This document shows positions 51,757 to 63,300 of a stretch of 64,000 nucleotides of DNA, piece after piece. The stretch lies in the IMG/VR virus record IMGVR_UViG_2713897279_000003. One strand, written 5' to 3'. This DNA is from an uncultured virus (IMG/VR IMGVR_UViG_2713897279_000003) (lineage: Duplodnaviria > Heunggongvirae > Uroviricota > Caudoviricetes). Under the pieces are notes generated by a model that searched no databases, was not told the origin of the DNA, and saw only the letters and a program-made list of their open reading frames with translations. Numbering within the stretch: the stretch's first letter is position 1; every line of letters starts with the position of its first letter. The position numbers and the translations under genes are program-made.

Positions 51757-54154
51757 CTTCCATGCTATTTCGACGCAGGATTGCTTTTAATCTAATATCA
51801 GTTGTCACGTAGTAATAATCAACAGTAATATTTTCAATTTTCGCTCCATCAATAGGTTTACCGAAAACAATTGTTTTCCCTATTTGCGCAAAGGTCTTTC
51901 CTTCGTTTTCAGTGAGCCTTTCAGTGTCGTATGTGTTTGTAGCATGATTTGTTATGTTTTTAAATTCTTCACCATTTACACGAACAATGATAGGGAATTC
52001 AGGTGTTTTATTTTCGTTTTGAGCATAGCGATTTTCCTTTTCATTGTATTTAAAAAGAGAATTTCTAAATAAATAAGGGCTATGCTTCAGCTCGATTGCA
52101 TTATTGAAATCCGCTGATTCAAAACTTTCTCCGGTATCTCCATTTACATCTATATACTGGGTTGGTGTAATGTTATTTTCATAATCTAATACAACTACAT
52201 ACGCTTCATCTGTTGGCTTATAATCGACAGTATAAATACTAGATGCAGAATAGTACTTACTAAAGATTCCTATCTTCTTCCCATCGTTTGAGATAATGTA
52301 TGTCTGCGGATCCATGGGCACTCCATTTCTCCTTAACACGACTGTCTTATTTGATACGATTGGGAATCTAAAACTATATTGAATTAAAGAGTGTCCTTTG
52401 AATTCTGGATAATCTCCTTGTATCATATCTCCAGATAACAGTTCGCCATATACGTACTTTTTATCATTTGGCAAAATAGGAATCCAATCCGATGCATTAG
52501 GATTTTTCTTATACGTTATATAGTATTCTATATCTGTAATTTGAGCTGTATTTATACTTCCCAGCTCTTTTGTAATTGGATCAGCTACTGCATTATCTAT
52601 TTCAAGATGATGATGCTTTTCAACCGTGCTTAGTCCTATCTTATTTGCGTTACTAGATAAGGGAAGCGGCTCGGTTACCATTATTGAATGGTTTTTGTAC
52701 TTACGCCCAAAGATTGATATATTGTATGCACCATATAGATATGAAATCTTATTAACGGCTTTCCAGCTTTTCTTTAACTCCTCATCATTATTAATAGTAT
52801 TATCTTTATCTTTTGATAATGCTTGCAACTTCAAGAGCATTGGGTTTTTATAGTCACCCATTCTTATAGCTTCCATTGCACGTTTAGCACTTTCTAGTAC
52901 TCCACTTTCATTGACACTAAGAGCCCATTCTTTTAATTTCTCTAAATAAACAGACCAACCAGTAATCTCATTCTTTTTATCAAATTCCGCAATGGTTTCA
53001 TTAGGATTTTTGTAATCTGGTATCAATTGTTCTGAAGATGATAATTTTCTCCATAGCTGCATGTTTTGTGCTTCATCTTTGTTGACAATAAAATTCTCAC
53101 TTACATAGTTTTCTTGTCGTAGTAGTATTTTAATTTTAGATACATCAACAGATGGAAACTGAAATGTCATAAGGTTTACTGACTTTTTATTTCGCTGCAT
53201 AGGATTGATATGATTCAGAGAAATCAATTCGTACATTTTTCCGTTCATATCTTCTGTTTCATAACCATAGATGCTAACAATCTCTAATGGATATGCACAA
53301 AATGGTTCAAAATGAATATCTGAGACAGTAGTAACGCCATTCAAAGTTATCTCCAACTCACATAACGCCCCATCCTTTGGAACTTCTTGATAGTCATTTT
53401 TCCATAAGTCGTTGATATTTTGTTTAATTGGTTGATCCACTAAAATACTTTCTGCCCAATATGTATTTAGCGAGCCATCTATAGCTTGGTCAATTGTATG
53501 ATTCGGATTTTCACTAGGATACCCTGTCCTATTTAGAACGTTTATATGAGCAAGCTTACGGCCATAGTTCGTTCTTAACTGGTCAATGGTTTCTACTCCA
53601 GCTAACTGTAAAGCATCACCTACATTTTCAGCAAGAAATGTGGAGTCTAAATATTTATCGAAACGATCTTTTCTTAGACTTTGTAATACTGTTTCATTGG
53701 TTTCTATATACTCTGGTGCCTTAAATTGCTCATGGATTCCATCAACAAAGCCATCTGTATTTTTCATAATTAACTTGTAACGATTTACTTTTGTTTGTAA
53801 TGCGTATACATTTTTTCTAATAGTTGCTAATAGAGATTTTGAAAGCTGTTTGTTATCATCTATAAACCTATCTATTGTAGATGACGCTTCAAATAATGTA
53901 GCCAAATCAAAAGCAATTTCCTCCATATTTTCATTATACGATTTAGAATTCGTCTGTTTTGATTGCATTCTAGCTTGAAAAGTAGGGCCGTTATTTTTCC
54001 CATCTAATTCTGTTAATAATTTCTCTAATTCAGCCTGCATCTCATAATTTGTTTTTATTTTACCTTCTTTTTGCTGAAGTTCTAGTAACTCTATTAACTT
54101 TTTTCTTTGAGTTGTAGGCATTGTAATTAAGAAATCATCTAAAAACTTAGTCAT
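51689..54154 (-). CDS. Putative virion (baseplate/tail) protein, paralogue family member
   Basis: SKSYNENMEEIAFDLATLFE; AIDGSLNTYWAE; TPALYSYSIKC. Confidence 0.72.
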   Translation of the reverse strand: MTKFLDDFLITMPTTQRKKLIELLELQQKEGKIKTNYEMQAELEKLLTELDGKNNGPTFQARMQSKQTNSKSYNENMEEIAFDLATLFEASSTIDRFIDDNKQLSKSLLATIRKNVYALQTKVNRYKLIMKNTDGFVDGIHEQFKAPEYIETNETVLQSLRKDRFDKYLDSTFLAENVGDALQLAGVETIDQLRTNYGRKLAHINVLNRTGYPSENPNHTIDQAIDGSLNTYWAESILVDQPIKQNINDLWKNDYQEVPKDGALCELEITLNGVTTVSDIHFEPFCAYPLEIVSIYGYETEDMNGKMYELISLNHINPMQRNKKSVNLMTFQFPSVDVSKIKILLRQENYVSENFIVNKDEAQNMQLWRKLSSSEQLIPDYKNPNETIAEFDKKNEITGWSVYLEKLKEWALSVNESGVLESAKRAMEAIRMGDYKNPMLLKLQALSKDKDNTINNDEELKKSWKAVNKISYLYGAYNISIFGRKYKNHSIMVTEPLPLSSNANKIGLSTVEKHHHLEIDNAVADPITKELGSINTAQITDIEYYITYKKNPNASDWIPILPNDKKYVYGELLSGDMIQGDYPEFKGHSLIQYSFRFPIVSNKTVVLRRNGVPMDPQTYIISNDGKKIGIFSKYYSASSIYTVDYKPTDEAYVVVLDYENNITPTQYIDVNGDTGESFESADFNNAIELKHSPYLFRNSLFKYNEKENRYAQNENKTPEFPIIVRVNGEEFKNITNHATNTYDTERLTENEGKTFAQIGKTIVFGKPIDGAKIENITVDYYYVTTDIRLKAILRRNSMEDASVTPALYSYSIKCQSYDQEV

Positions 54155-54205
54155 ATGTTATGTCCTTTCTCTGGGTTATAAAGTAAACAAGACAGCCGAA
54201 GCTGT

Positions 54206-55270
54206 CTATTTACTCACGATACCTTGCTTTCCATCGAATGGAATATAGGATTTTTTATTTTCGTCCCATTTCTCTAAAATAAAATGGCTTAAATGAGGAT
54301 GATCTGCATATGAAAAAGTAACATTAGCCATTCCATCTTGCACTTGAACTTGTAAACCTTTTGGTGTAATTCCTTCTTTAACTACATCTTGATGGTTTCT
54401 CATAATAGAAAAATCAGCTGTCCAGTTTGCCCCCTTCATGGATTGCATATCTTCTTGGACTGACTTTACGATTTCTTCTAAATCAAATAAAATTTGTGTA
54501 ACTTTGCTATTCTTCTGAACCATTTGCTGAATAAAAATATATAAGAAATCTTCAGGGATATCTTTAAATTGCATTCTCACCGGAAAATATAATACCCATC
54601 CTTTTTGCGCTGTTGTAGATAGTGTTACGATACCCTTTTCTGTGATAGTACCTTGTACAAAACGATTATATTCATCACGAGCGGGCATGCCATCAGAGGT
54701 TAATACACTCACATCACCATCAATAAAAGATATGCCATTTGACTTTATAATACTAAAGCTTTCAGCTTCTATATCAATATTGTACTTATGTGGTATAAAC
54801 AATTCTTTATTAATTTTCTCTACATTTGCAAGTGCCATCTCTTGTAATTGACGTAATCTATAATCTAACTTCAATCCGTCATCTATATTTACATCCACAG
54901 AAGCAATAGCATTATTGAGTTCTTCAAAGAATACTCCTTTTGTCAGCTCACCACCACTGGTATCCCCTTTCTCACCAATACTGGATGCTATTTTATAAAC
55001 CTCATTTTTCAATTGGTTTAGTGTATCTTCTAAACGTTTTCCCCGATTAGCGGTACTTTCAAAACAAGCAGTAGATATTTCTGTTAAAGCTTCATCTGCA
55101 CGAATTAATGCTGATAATGCATTGGTTGAAGCAGTATCTAACTTAGAAGGCAAGTTTAGAATTTTATACTTCTCTCTATTCCAATCGCTCAAATTTTGAT
55201 TCATTTCATCTATCTGTTTTTCAAGTATATTTACAAATGGTATTAAATCTTTCGAATTATATATAGGCAT
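54206..55270 (-). CDS. Hypothetical coiled-coil protein in the structural cluster
   Basis: 354 aa, GGGAGG RBS, GAAA/TTCG-loop hairpin after the stop. Confidence 0.8.
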   Translation of the reverse strand: MPIYNSKDLIPFVNILEKQIDEMNQNLSDWNREKYKILNLPSKLDTASTNALSALIRADEALTEISTACFESTANRGKRLEDTLNQLKNEVYKIASSIGEKGDTSGGELTKGVFFEELNNAIASVDVNIDDGLKLDYRLRQLQEMALANVEKINKELFIPHKYNIDIEAESFSIIKSNGISFIDGDVSVLTSDGMPARDEYNRFVQGTITEKGIVTLSTTAQKGWVLYFPVRMQFKDIPEDFLYIFIQQMVQKNSKVTQILFDLEEIVKSVQEDMQSMKGANWTADFSIMRNHQDVVKEGITPKGLQVQVQDGMANVTFSYADHPHLSHFILEKWDENKKSYIPFDGKQGIVSK

Positions 55271-55290
55271 TTTAATACCTCCCTTTCAAT

Positions 55291-55313
55291 ATTTTATCAT
55301 GAAATGCATTACA
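55291..55313 (-). promoter_or_regulatory. Operator abutting an extended -10
   Basis: Minus strand TGTAATGCATTTCA (55313-55300), immediately followed by TG-a-TAAAAT. Confidence 0.7.
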
Positions 55314-55320
55314 TTAACCA

Positions 55321-58300
55321 CTAGATTTCATATATTTCTGTAGATATTTCTGATATCACTGGCATTGCATTTAGTTTAACGTAATCAATAAGAAGCGATC
55401 CTTTTCGGATGTCTTTAGATTTATTTAAGATGATATCAATCTTATGTACGCTAGACTTTACTTTTATTGATTGTTTGTAAACCATCCATTGAGGTTGATT
55501 TATTTGCGCTAACTCAATTGTTTCTTTCGTCCCATCATCATAGGATATCTCTAACTGACCTAAACTACGCTTTGTTGCCATTTGCTCTTTTATAGCTTTA
55601 ATCTCAATTCCATATGTACTATGATTGATTAAGTGACCAGGTAAAGTAATGCCATACTCAGCATCATTATTGATACGTAAAGCATAATTATCCCCTGTTC
55701 CTAAGAATGCATTAATTACTTCAAACGAACCTTTACTTATAGAGCTATTATAATATCCTATATGCTGATTATATAAGAACTCATGATTTGGAAGAATATT
55801 ATAATCATCTTCCTGCTTGAATTCATTATAAAATTCAATAACAGGCAATGTACCATAAGCTTTATGTTTGGCTACGGCTTCTTGTATTTCGGACTCAATA
55901 AATCCATTAGGATTATCCTCTGATTTCAATATACTTTTTGGAAGCCTAATAATTATAACCCCATTCTCTTGGTAAGCTTCTCCATCAAAGTACCCAATGT
56001 CCCAATGGTATAGTGACTCTTTATTAACTTGTTTAATAATTTCCCTTGATAAAGATTCATCCAGTCCTCCACCCTTTGTTCTTGTATCAAGAATGGTTAT
56101 GTTGTCTTTTGATGTGCTATTGGACTGTAGCATTGCTTTTCCTAATCGAAGCAAGGTTGGATTATATTTCTGGTCTTTTTGATTAAACCAAAACTCTTCA
56201 TCTGTATGGAAAAGTACCTTCTTACGAACTGACCCTGTTACAAATTTGCCATGCAAACTAGGGTTAGCTAAATCAACTAATCTAACTGCAGAAGGGCATA
56301 TGTACACATGAATTTGTTTTACTAGTAATTCTAGATTGCTAGTTCCTTCTTTCTTTACTTTAAATGGCTCTGTATCACTTTCAATAGGAATCCATCTATG
56401 AAAACCATTTTCAGCTACTGTGTGACGATGACCTGGTGTTGGATTTAAATCTAAATGGAAAAACGATTCATTCTTTTCGAACCCTCGATATGTATACCAT
56501 TCTTCTTTGTATGCGTATTTTATATATACTTCATCTTGCTCACCTATACGATCTAATAAATAAACAATTCCCTTCATTGCATCCACATCAGCTACTCGGA
56601 GATTTCGTTTATTATTTCCTCTAATTGAATATACTTCTAGATAACTAGTATTTTTTGGTGAGCTTAATAAAATAGGAGTATACCTTGTTTGTATGGAATA
56701 CTCATTTAATATCATAGGCCGTTCTTTATCTACCAGTATAGTAGCATTATTATAGAATTCTTGATTCGTATATTCTGGAAGGCTGTATTCCAAATCAACC
56801 TCTACGATATCATTTGGCGATTTAACCATTCCCAATAGCTGCGGATACGTAATGTATATCTCAGGTGGTCTTTCTATTGAATTTAACTCATGATAAGGCA
56901 ATCGCAATCTCTTTAAAAACCTTCCACTTTTAACTCGAATATACCAATTTTCTTGTTCTATATTTTGTTGCTCAATCCTAGGTTTTTCAATTTCAATTTT
57001 TCTTTGCTCTTCTACTTTAATAGCGAATAAAGGGACTGCTGATAATTGTTGGAAAGTAGTCCAAGCTACTACATCCACATGAATAGAAGGATTTAGCTCA
57101 CCTTTATCAGTTAATATGCTTTTTAATCGAAGGCGATTGACACCTATTTGATCTTGAAACTGATCCACTGGTAATCGAATAAATCCATTTTTAGTACATC
57201 TAAACCTGTAATTAACTCGATACTCTGCATTCTCTACGGAAGCAGTCCCATCAACTGATATTCCGTTCACTTTTCCACGTTCAATCCGCAAACAGATTTC
57301 ATCTAATGGAATATCTTTAGGTATTTCAAGAAATTGATAAACGCCTATGTCACCAAATATCTCTATAATGCTTTTCAGACCATCTGCTTTTAATATCTCA
57401 TTACCCTCTAATGTATAAGGTTTCCCTATTACTCGTATTGGAGGAACTTTTGGTATAACCTTTAATTTGTTTGGCTGCTCTAATTGGATAGAAACATTCT
57501 CTCCAGTTAATAGAACTGGTTCATTCCATGTGAAGTCTTTTACAGTTGATGGTATTTGCTCAGTAGGGAGCACACTTGGAACAGTGGAAATTGTATAATG
57601 TCCATCTGCATGATATTCTATAAAGCCTGTTCCTTTTATGGTTAGACCATTTTGTTTAGTTGTCCACTTAGATCTGACCACATTACCTGTAATAGGATCA
57701 TTGGAACGCCCATAAACGAAGTGTGTCCTAGGGTCTATGCTAATAGTAAATTCACCATCGGATTTCCCGTAATATGTGAAGACCTCATAAGTTGCATCGC
57801 CTAGTTGTTTAGCTTTACTTTTAATGGATGCAGCCATCAAGTCCTCTACTGCATAATTAGAAAGCTTTTTATCCTTCGTATCTGTTAATAAGATATCTTT
57901 TTTCTCTGTGCAAACTGTATCTACAATCACGTCAGCCATTTTAAAATCATACCATAGTGTATTTCTCTGAGAAGCAGAAAAAATACCATATGAGCCTTTT
58001 TGATGCGTATTATCTCTCGCTTGGCAAACTAATTGTCCTAGCTCATCTGATTCGGGGTTATCAGAAATGAAAATACGGAACCAATCACCAGTTACAACTA
58101 CGGTTAACTTATAGTCTTTTCCATGCACCCAGCCTTTACTAACATAGGATTCGGCCTTGTTTGTTATGTCCTTAAATGAACAGTTTGTTTTATCGGTAGG
58201 ATACCTGCTTCCACTATTCCATGAATCTTGATTTGGAGATGGTGGCAGAGCACTTGGTAAAGCTTTTAGAATTCGTTTATGATTTCTTCCAAATCCACTA

Positions 58301-60327
58301 CTTAAATAAGCTTCCCTACTGTTAGTTGTGTTCCACGTATTATTAACTGGACTAAAAGTTTTCATAGTAAAGCCGTATTCGTCAAGAATAACACGATCAC
58401 ATGGTTGTATTTTGCCAGCAACATCTTTCCCATGTTCTTTCGTATAGGTTTTCTCTGCTGTTGATTTTTCATCTTTTTCCCAAACAAACATGTAATAGTT
58501 TTGTGCATCTTGTACACGAAACATAAGTCCAATACAATCATCATCAATGGAATCATCCATTTTTACTTTTACAGAAAATTGATAATCTGTTTTCTCCATC
58601 AGATTAATGGTTTTACCGTTAATCATTTCATTTCTTTGGTAGAATCCACAAACATCATTTTGGTTTTCTAAATACTGAATTACATTCTTTTTCATAGATG
58701 CAATATAGGAATACTGCCATTTACTTAAATCATTAGAAATTCCTATCGTAGACCATTTGTTTTTATCTAGTACATCTAATACTTTAGTTTCTCTTTCTTT
58801 TTTAAACGCAACATCTGCACATACTTGCCAGTTTGTTTTATAATCCATCTTCTTTTCCGTAAAGCCTTGTCCGTTTGCTTCCCATGTAAATCCCCATTTT
58901 GTCTTTTGACGCTCTGGGATAATAGTACAGCGATGAAGGATTGGTTCATCTTTAATCTTCACATTATCTTGAAGTGCATTTTTCCAGGGTTTCACATTCA
59001 ATTGCTTTACTTTTGCTTCTGCAGCATGCGACATAACCTCATTGATTTGGCTTTCAATTTCATTATTATCTACAATGGTCGTTACGTTATATAGAAGATT
59101 CCCTTTTCCGTCTTCGATGAAATACTTGGCATCCATCGGAACACTTGGTGTACCCATTGGTAAAGATAGTTCAATCATATCTTTTGCATTTATTTTCCCA
59201 CCATCTAGAGACAATCCGATGTTCTTCCACTCACCAGTGTATTCTTCTTTTTCATTTGTAAGCAATGCATCGTAATTCATTACCCAATCTGTGATGTGTC
59301 CGACACTGACTTGCATTTCTTTTCCATCGTCATTTTTATATTTCGCAACAATTCGATGTGAAAATATTTTAGGTGTTCGAGGGTCTGATTCAGATCTTTG
59401 AGCGACAATCACTTTATGACCTTCCCCATTGCTATGAGGGACTACTGCAAAGATTTCTTTATCTGGATTATCTATGGACGCTTGCCGAACTTCTTCCTCA
59501 GTTTTTTGATCAAATGCACTTATGCCATTGATAATTCGCAACTTGCCACCTTCAAGCATTTGTCTAGATAATTTATCTACTTGAATTTCATTATTTTTAT
59601 CTGTATAGAACTCTATACTTTTTTCTACAGCTTGTATGCTGGAATCTTTTACGATCTTATCTATGTGATTATAGCGAATTTTAATGGTATTATTTTTATC
59701 TGTGTTCTTATGAAGATAGACTTGTATACTATAAATTCTTGGATTTTCTCTATGAGGAATCACATAAATATCATACTTATACGAATCATCTAATAGGTTT
59801 CCATTCTCATCCGTTAATTCTATTTGCTGCCCTGTATATTTTTCTTTTTTAAATACACCTTTTTCATTTGCAATAGCGGTTTTACTGTCATAATGAAAAT
59901 CTATTTCGAATTTATAATAAAGAGCACTTTCAGTCTTATACTCGTTCTTTTTGAATTTCCGAGTAACATTAATTTTATCACTTGGAAATACTCCTTTAGG
60001 TGGCCGAGGTTTTATTTCATCCTCATTAACAATATCAACGTATTCCAGTTCCCCTGCTTCATTCGCAATCACGATTGATTCTAGTTGATCTTTTGTGATT
60101 ACATTATCGGCTGTATATGAAGTATCAATTAATGATAAATTCTCTTCAATCTGTACCTTTGGCACATGAATATAAGCTAGATTAACATCACCTTCTGGCA
60201 CTTCTTTTCCTAAACGCATAGAATAGGTATTATTAGAGAGTTTGCTTTTATAGTCATGCAAATCTAACCCCTGTTTTTCTCTTTCAAGAGACATGAAAGA
60301 ACCTCCTTTTATATGAGAAAAAGCCAA
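55321..60327 (-). CDS. Large putative virion protein with a thrombospondin-C-like lectin domain
   Basis: 1668 aa; DDDCIGLMFRVQDAQNYYMFVW resembles TSP_C; likely start ATG ~60294 after AAGGAGG. Confidence 0.75.
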   Translation of the reverse strand: MAFSHIKGGSFMSLEREKQGLDLHDYKSKLSNNTYSMRLGKEVPEGDVNLAYIHVPKVQIEENLSLIDTSYTADNVITKDQLESIVIANEAGELEYVDIVNEDEIKPRPPKGVFPSDKINVTRKFKKNEYKTESALYYKFEIDFHYDSKTAIANEKGVFKKEKYTGQQIELTDENGNLLDDSYKYDIYVIPHRENPRIYSIQVYLHKNTDKNNTIKIRYNHIDKIVKDSSIQAVEKSIEFYTDKNNEIQVDKLSRQMLEGGKLRIINGISAFDQKTEEEVRQASIDNPDKEIFAVVPHSNGEGHKVIVAQRSESDPRTPKIFSHRIVAKYKNDDGKEMQVSVGHITDWVMNYDALLTNEKEEYTGEWKNIGLSLDGGKINAKDMIELSLPMGTPSVPMDAKYFIEDGKGNLLYNVTTIVDNNEIESQINEVMSHAAEAKVKQLNVKPWKNALQDNVKIKDEPILHRCTIIPERQKTKWGFTWEANGQGFTEKKMDYKTNWQVCADVAFKKERETKVLDVLDKNKWSTIGISNDLSKWQYSYIASMKKNVIQYLENQNDVCGFYQRNEMINGKTINLMEKTDYQFSVKVKMDDSIDDDCIGLMFRVQDAQNYYMFVWEKDEKSTAEKTYTKEHGKDVAGKIQPCDRVILDEYGFTMKTFSPVNNTWNTTNSREAYLSSGFGRNHKRILKALPSALPPSPNQDSWNSGSRYPTDKTNCSFKDITNKAESYVSKGWVHGKDYKLTVVVTGDWFRIFISDNPESDELGQLVCQARDNTHQKGSYGIFSASQRNTLWYDFKMADVIVDTVCTEKKDILLTDTKDKKLSNYAVEDLMAASIKSKAKQLGDATYEVFTYYGKSDGEFTISIDPRTHFVYGRSNDPITGNVVRSKWTTKQNGLTIKGTGFIEYHADGHYTISTVPSVLPTEQIPSTVKDFTWNEPVLLTGENVSIQLEQPNKLKVIPKVPPIRVIGKPYTLEGNEILKADGLKSIIEIFGDIGVYQFLEIPKDIPLDEICLRIERGKVNGISVDGTASVENAEYRVNYRFRCTKNGFIRLPVDQFQDQIGVNRLRLKSILTDKGELNPSIHVDVVAWTTFQQLSAVPLFAIKVEEQRKIEIEKPRIEQQNIEQENWYIRVKSGRFLKRLRLPYHELNSIERPPEIYITYPQLLGMVKSPNDIVEVDLEYSLPEYTNQEFYNNATILVDKERPMILNEYSIQTRYTPILLSSPKNTSYLEVYSIRGNNKRNLRVADVDAMKGIVYLLDRIGEQDEVYIKYAYKEEWYTYRGFEKNESFFHLDLNPTPGHRHTVAENGFHRWIPIESDTEPFKVKKEGTSNLELLVKQIHVYICPSAVRLVDLANPSLHGKFVTGSVRKKVLFHTDEEFWFNQKDQKYNPTLLRLGKAMLQSNSTSKDNITILDTRTKGGGLDESLSREIIKQVNKESLYHWDIGYFDGEAYQENGVIIIRLPKSILKSEDNPNGFIESEIQEAVAKHKAYGTLPVIEFYNEFKQEDDYNILPNHEFLYNQHIGYYNSSISKGSFEVINAFLGTGDNYALRINNDAEYGITLPGHLINHSTYGIEIKAIKEQMATKRSLGQLEISYDDGTKETIELAQINQPQWMVYKQSIKVKSSVHKIDIILNKSKDIRKGSLLIDYVKLNAMPVISEISTEIYEI

Positions 60328-60335
60328 AGGGGAAT

Positions 60336-63300
60336 TTATCCCCCAATGACTTTTATATATACATAGCTTGCTGCTTGCTCAAAGCCCATATCATATGAGA
60401 CTTTAATCATAATTTCACCATGCTTTTCTTTTAAACCACTTAATATGAACTCAGCTTGTCCAAAATCATTTGTTATGACTTCTTTTTTACGTGCATTCCC
60501 ATGTGTATCTCTATATTCAACGTTCATTTTTTTATCTTTCATAACAGGATTCCAACTAGAATCTCTTAGTGTCATTTTAATAGTCGAATAGTCGTCTACA
60601 CCTGATAAGATAGCCAATTTAGGAGCAACTACATCGATATAGAATCTTTCTTTTTTGTTTTCTGCGTAATAGTTTAATAGCAATTCTTTTCGCAGATCAT
60701 TGCATTCTATACGGTATATACTAATTAAACCTTTTGGTGGAATTGGTGTATCGTAGATGTACACTTCACCTGCTTCATTTGTAATAAACTCTGCATTTAT
60801 TGGCTTATCGTCTCGATAAATTTTCACTATTTTATTCGGACAAGGATTATTGTATTTGTCTAAAATACTAACAGTTACAAGAACCTTCTCCTTCCCTGAA
60901 TTAGAGATTGTTTTATCTGATAAGTGAGCTTGTATTGATTTTGCATCTTGCTCTCCTGTTTCAGATAGATATAAGAATCCAGTGTGATTATGGGTTAATA
61001 AAGGATTTAAAACAATTTCTTTCGCACGATAGAAAGGTGTCTCTTTTGCTGACTCATAAATGACTTTCATATTTTTCATCTTATTTTCTTCATAGTTATT
61101 ATGTAAAATAATTCGAGCTGAATCAGTTTCTAAGTCTGCATTTATATCAAGAATATAGCTGTATAACAAAATGTAACGCACTTCTATTATATCAGTTGCA
61201 TTAATTTCTTTCATAAATTCAATAGCTGAAACTTCCTCATGAAAAATCAAATCATTCATTTCAATAAGACTTCCATTTAGATAAACCTTTAACGTCTCTT
61301 TATCAATTCCTTTATAATTTAAATAATATTTGGCATATCCATTTCCATGAAAGACCTCTTTGTTTTCTAACGTTAAATTCCAGTTATCATCATAGAATGT
61401 TACTTTTCTCAAAGTATTACCTTGATTGTCCTGCACGATGATTGGACAACCTTGCTGTGGCCTTGGTTGAATCATAATACTATTGTTTTTATCAGGAGTC
61501 ACTATATATTCTTTTTTCTCTGCATACAAGTAATGTTCCCTTTCTTGATGATAATAATATCCATTATGCACAAGCGGATGCCAAGGCAGCGGCCTAGCTT
61601 TTTTCACTTGAGCAAATAGTTTGTATCCAAGATAAGGTGTTAAGTATTTAGGATGGATGCGTTCGAAATCTTTACTCGGTCTAGACCAGTGCAAACGAAT
61701 AACGGCTTGTCCTACGTTATCAAAGAAATTTGCCCTAATTGGATACCACTTACCGCCCTCCATATACACAGAAGCTTCATACGAAGGGAAGAAGTCTTCA
61801 GCTGAAGTAATATGCCACTCATTGATAAGCAACTTATTAGCAATCCATAATCTAAATCCGTCGTTTACTTGCACTTTAAAACGATAGTACCCTGTTTGTG
61901 GTGCATAAATATATCCATTCCAGCTTACAGTAAATCCGTCATTTGGATCTGATTCTGTTGGCGGTTGAAGTACTGGAATCGTTGGTTCATTCTTAGACGG
62001 ATATTTATTTTGATTCGGATCAGGGATAGGTGGATTCTGCCCTCGCACTGTTGCAAATAATTTTGATTCACCATATGCAGTCATCTTAGGTTTTTCAGAT
62101 GGCTTCCATTGCGCAATCCTACACATTAAGTTAACCCATATCTTCATTTCATTATCACTCAGTTGCTGTCTAAAGCGTCCATCACAATAATAAGTGCTAT
62201 CCCCAGCTTCTGAATAATATACATTATCAATAAAACTTAACCATGGTCGATTTTCATGTGCAAACTTATAAATAGGTATTCCATTCAAACACTGGTTCCA
62301 GTGACTTACACTTACATCAATTGTTCCTGTAAGTGGGTACGGATAGTTGAATGACGGATCAATCAATGTAATTTTATCACCACGTGTATATGGCTCATAA
62401 TTAGCTTTTTTAAATCCAAACTCTTCAAGTAGTTTGATTGTATTTTTAATGTTACCAGATATCGTATCGTGACTAAATATGATTACTTTATTAGATGATG
62501 CTTTAAACTTACGAACAAAATCAATCATGTCATCTGAAAAATCTGTACCTGCATTACAATCCGCAGGAGTAAAGGTAAGTACATCAAAATCCTCGACCTT
62601 ATATTTATTCCAGTTTTGGTACACATCTTGTACTATCTCGATGCTTTTTGATATATCAAAGTTGCCATATCTTTTAACAGCTTCTTGGATAGATGTATGA
62701 CCGAGAGGATTTGCTTCCAGAACAGATGGAGACAATTCTAAAACTCTAATCTTTTGGAACTCCTTAAAGTAAACTTCGTAATCACTTTCATCATTTCTTA
62801 TAAAGTATTCTATAGATACCACAAACCGTGGTTCTAATTTTACTGACTGACAGAAGCTTAAATATTCTTTTTCGAATTTCTCTTTCATGACTTCTTCATC
62901 TAACTCAAGTTCATAGAAAGCTTCTTCTCCTTCAATTAGCTTACGCTTTTTAGTGAATTGAAGATGTTTTCTAAATCCAGGGCGCTCTTTTGGTGTCACT
63001 CTTTTATAAGTCTGCAACCAAAAGTTCCAAAAATATGTGTCTGGATTTGAGTACGTAATTGGTCCCCATGCGCCCGACTTATAAGTGTCTTCTTTATCAA
63101 TAGCTTCAAGTTTTAATTTACCGTCAACATAAACCTGAAACTTATTTCCGATTACGCTAATTTTCACATCATGAGTATAAAACTTACGATTAGGAATCAG
63201 CTTATTATCTGATCCATCTGGATCCCACCATTCTGGGTCGTGTACTAATCGTATTTTACTAAAATTCAAGTGTCCTTTTCCTACTTGATCTGGATTTTTA

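Noticed and set aside
5021..55313. 14-bp motif as a CcpA cre site, LexA box or Spo0J parS
   Set aside because: It lacks the central CG of cre, the GAAC-N4-GTTC of LexA and the 16-bp TGTTNCACGTGAAACA of parS.
41875..62700. Many short plus-strand ORFs opposite the large structural genes (also 28130, 28510, 36656, 38343 and similar)
   Set aside because: Antisense shadows of long coding frames, without RBS or recognisable motifs.
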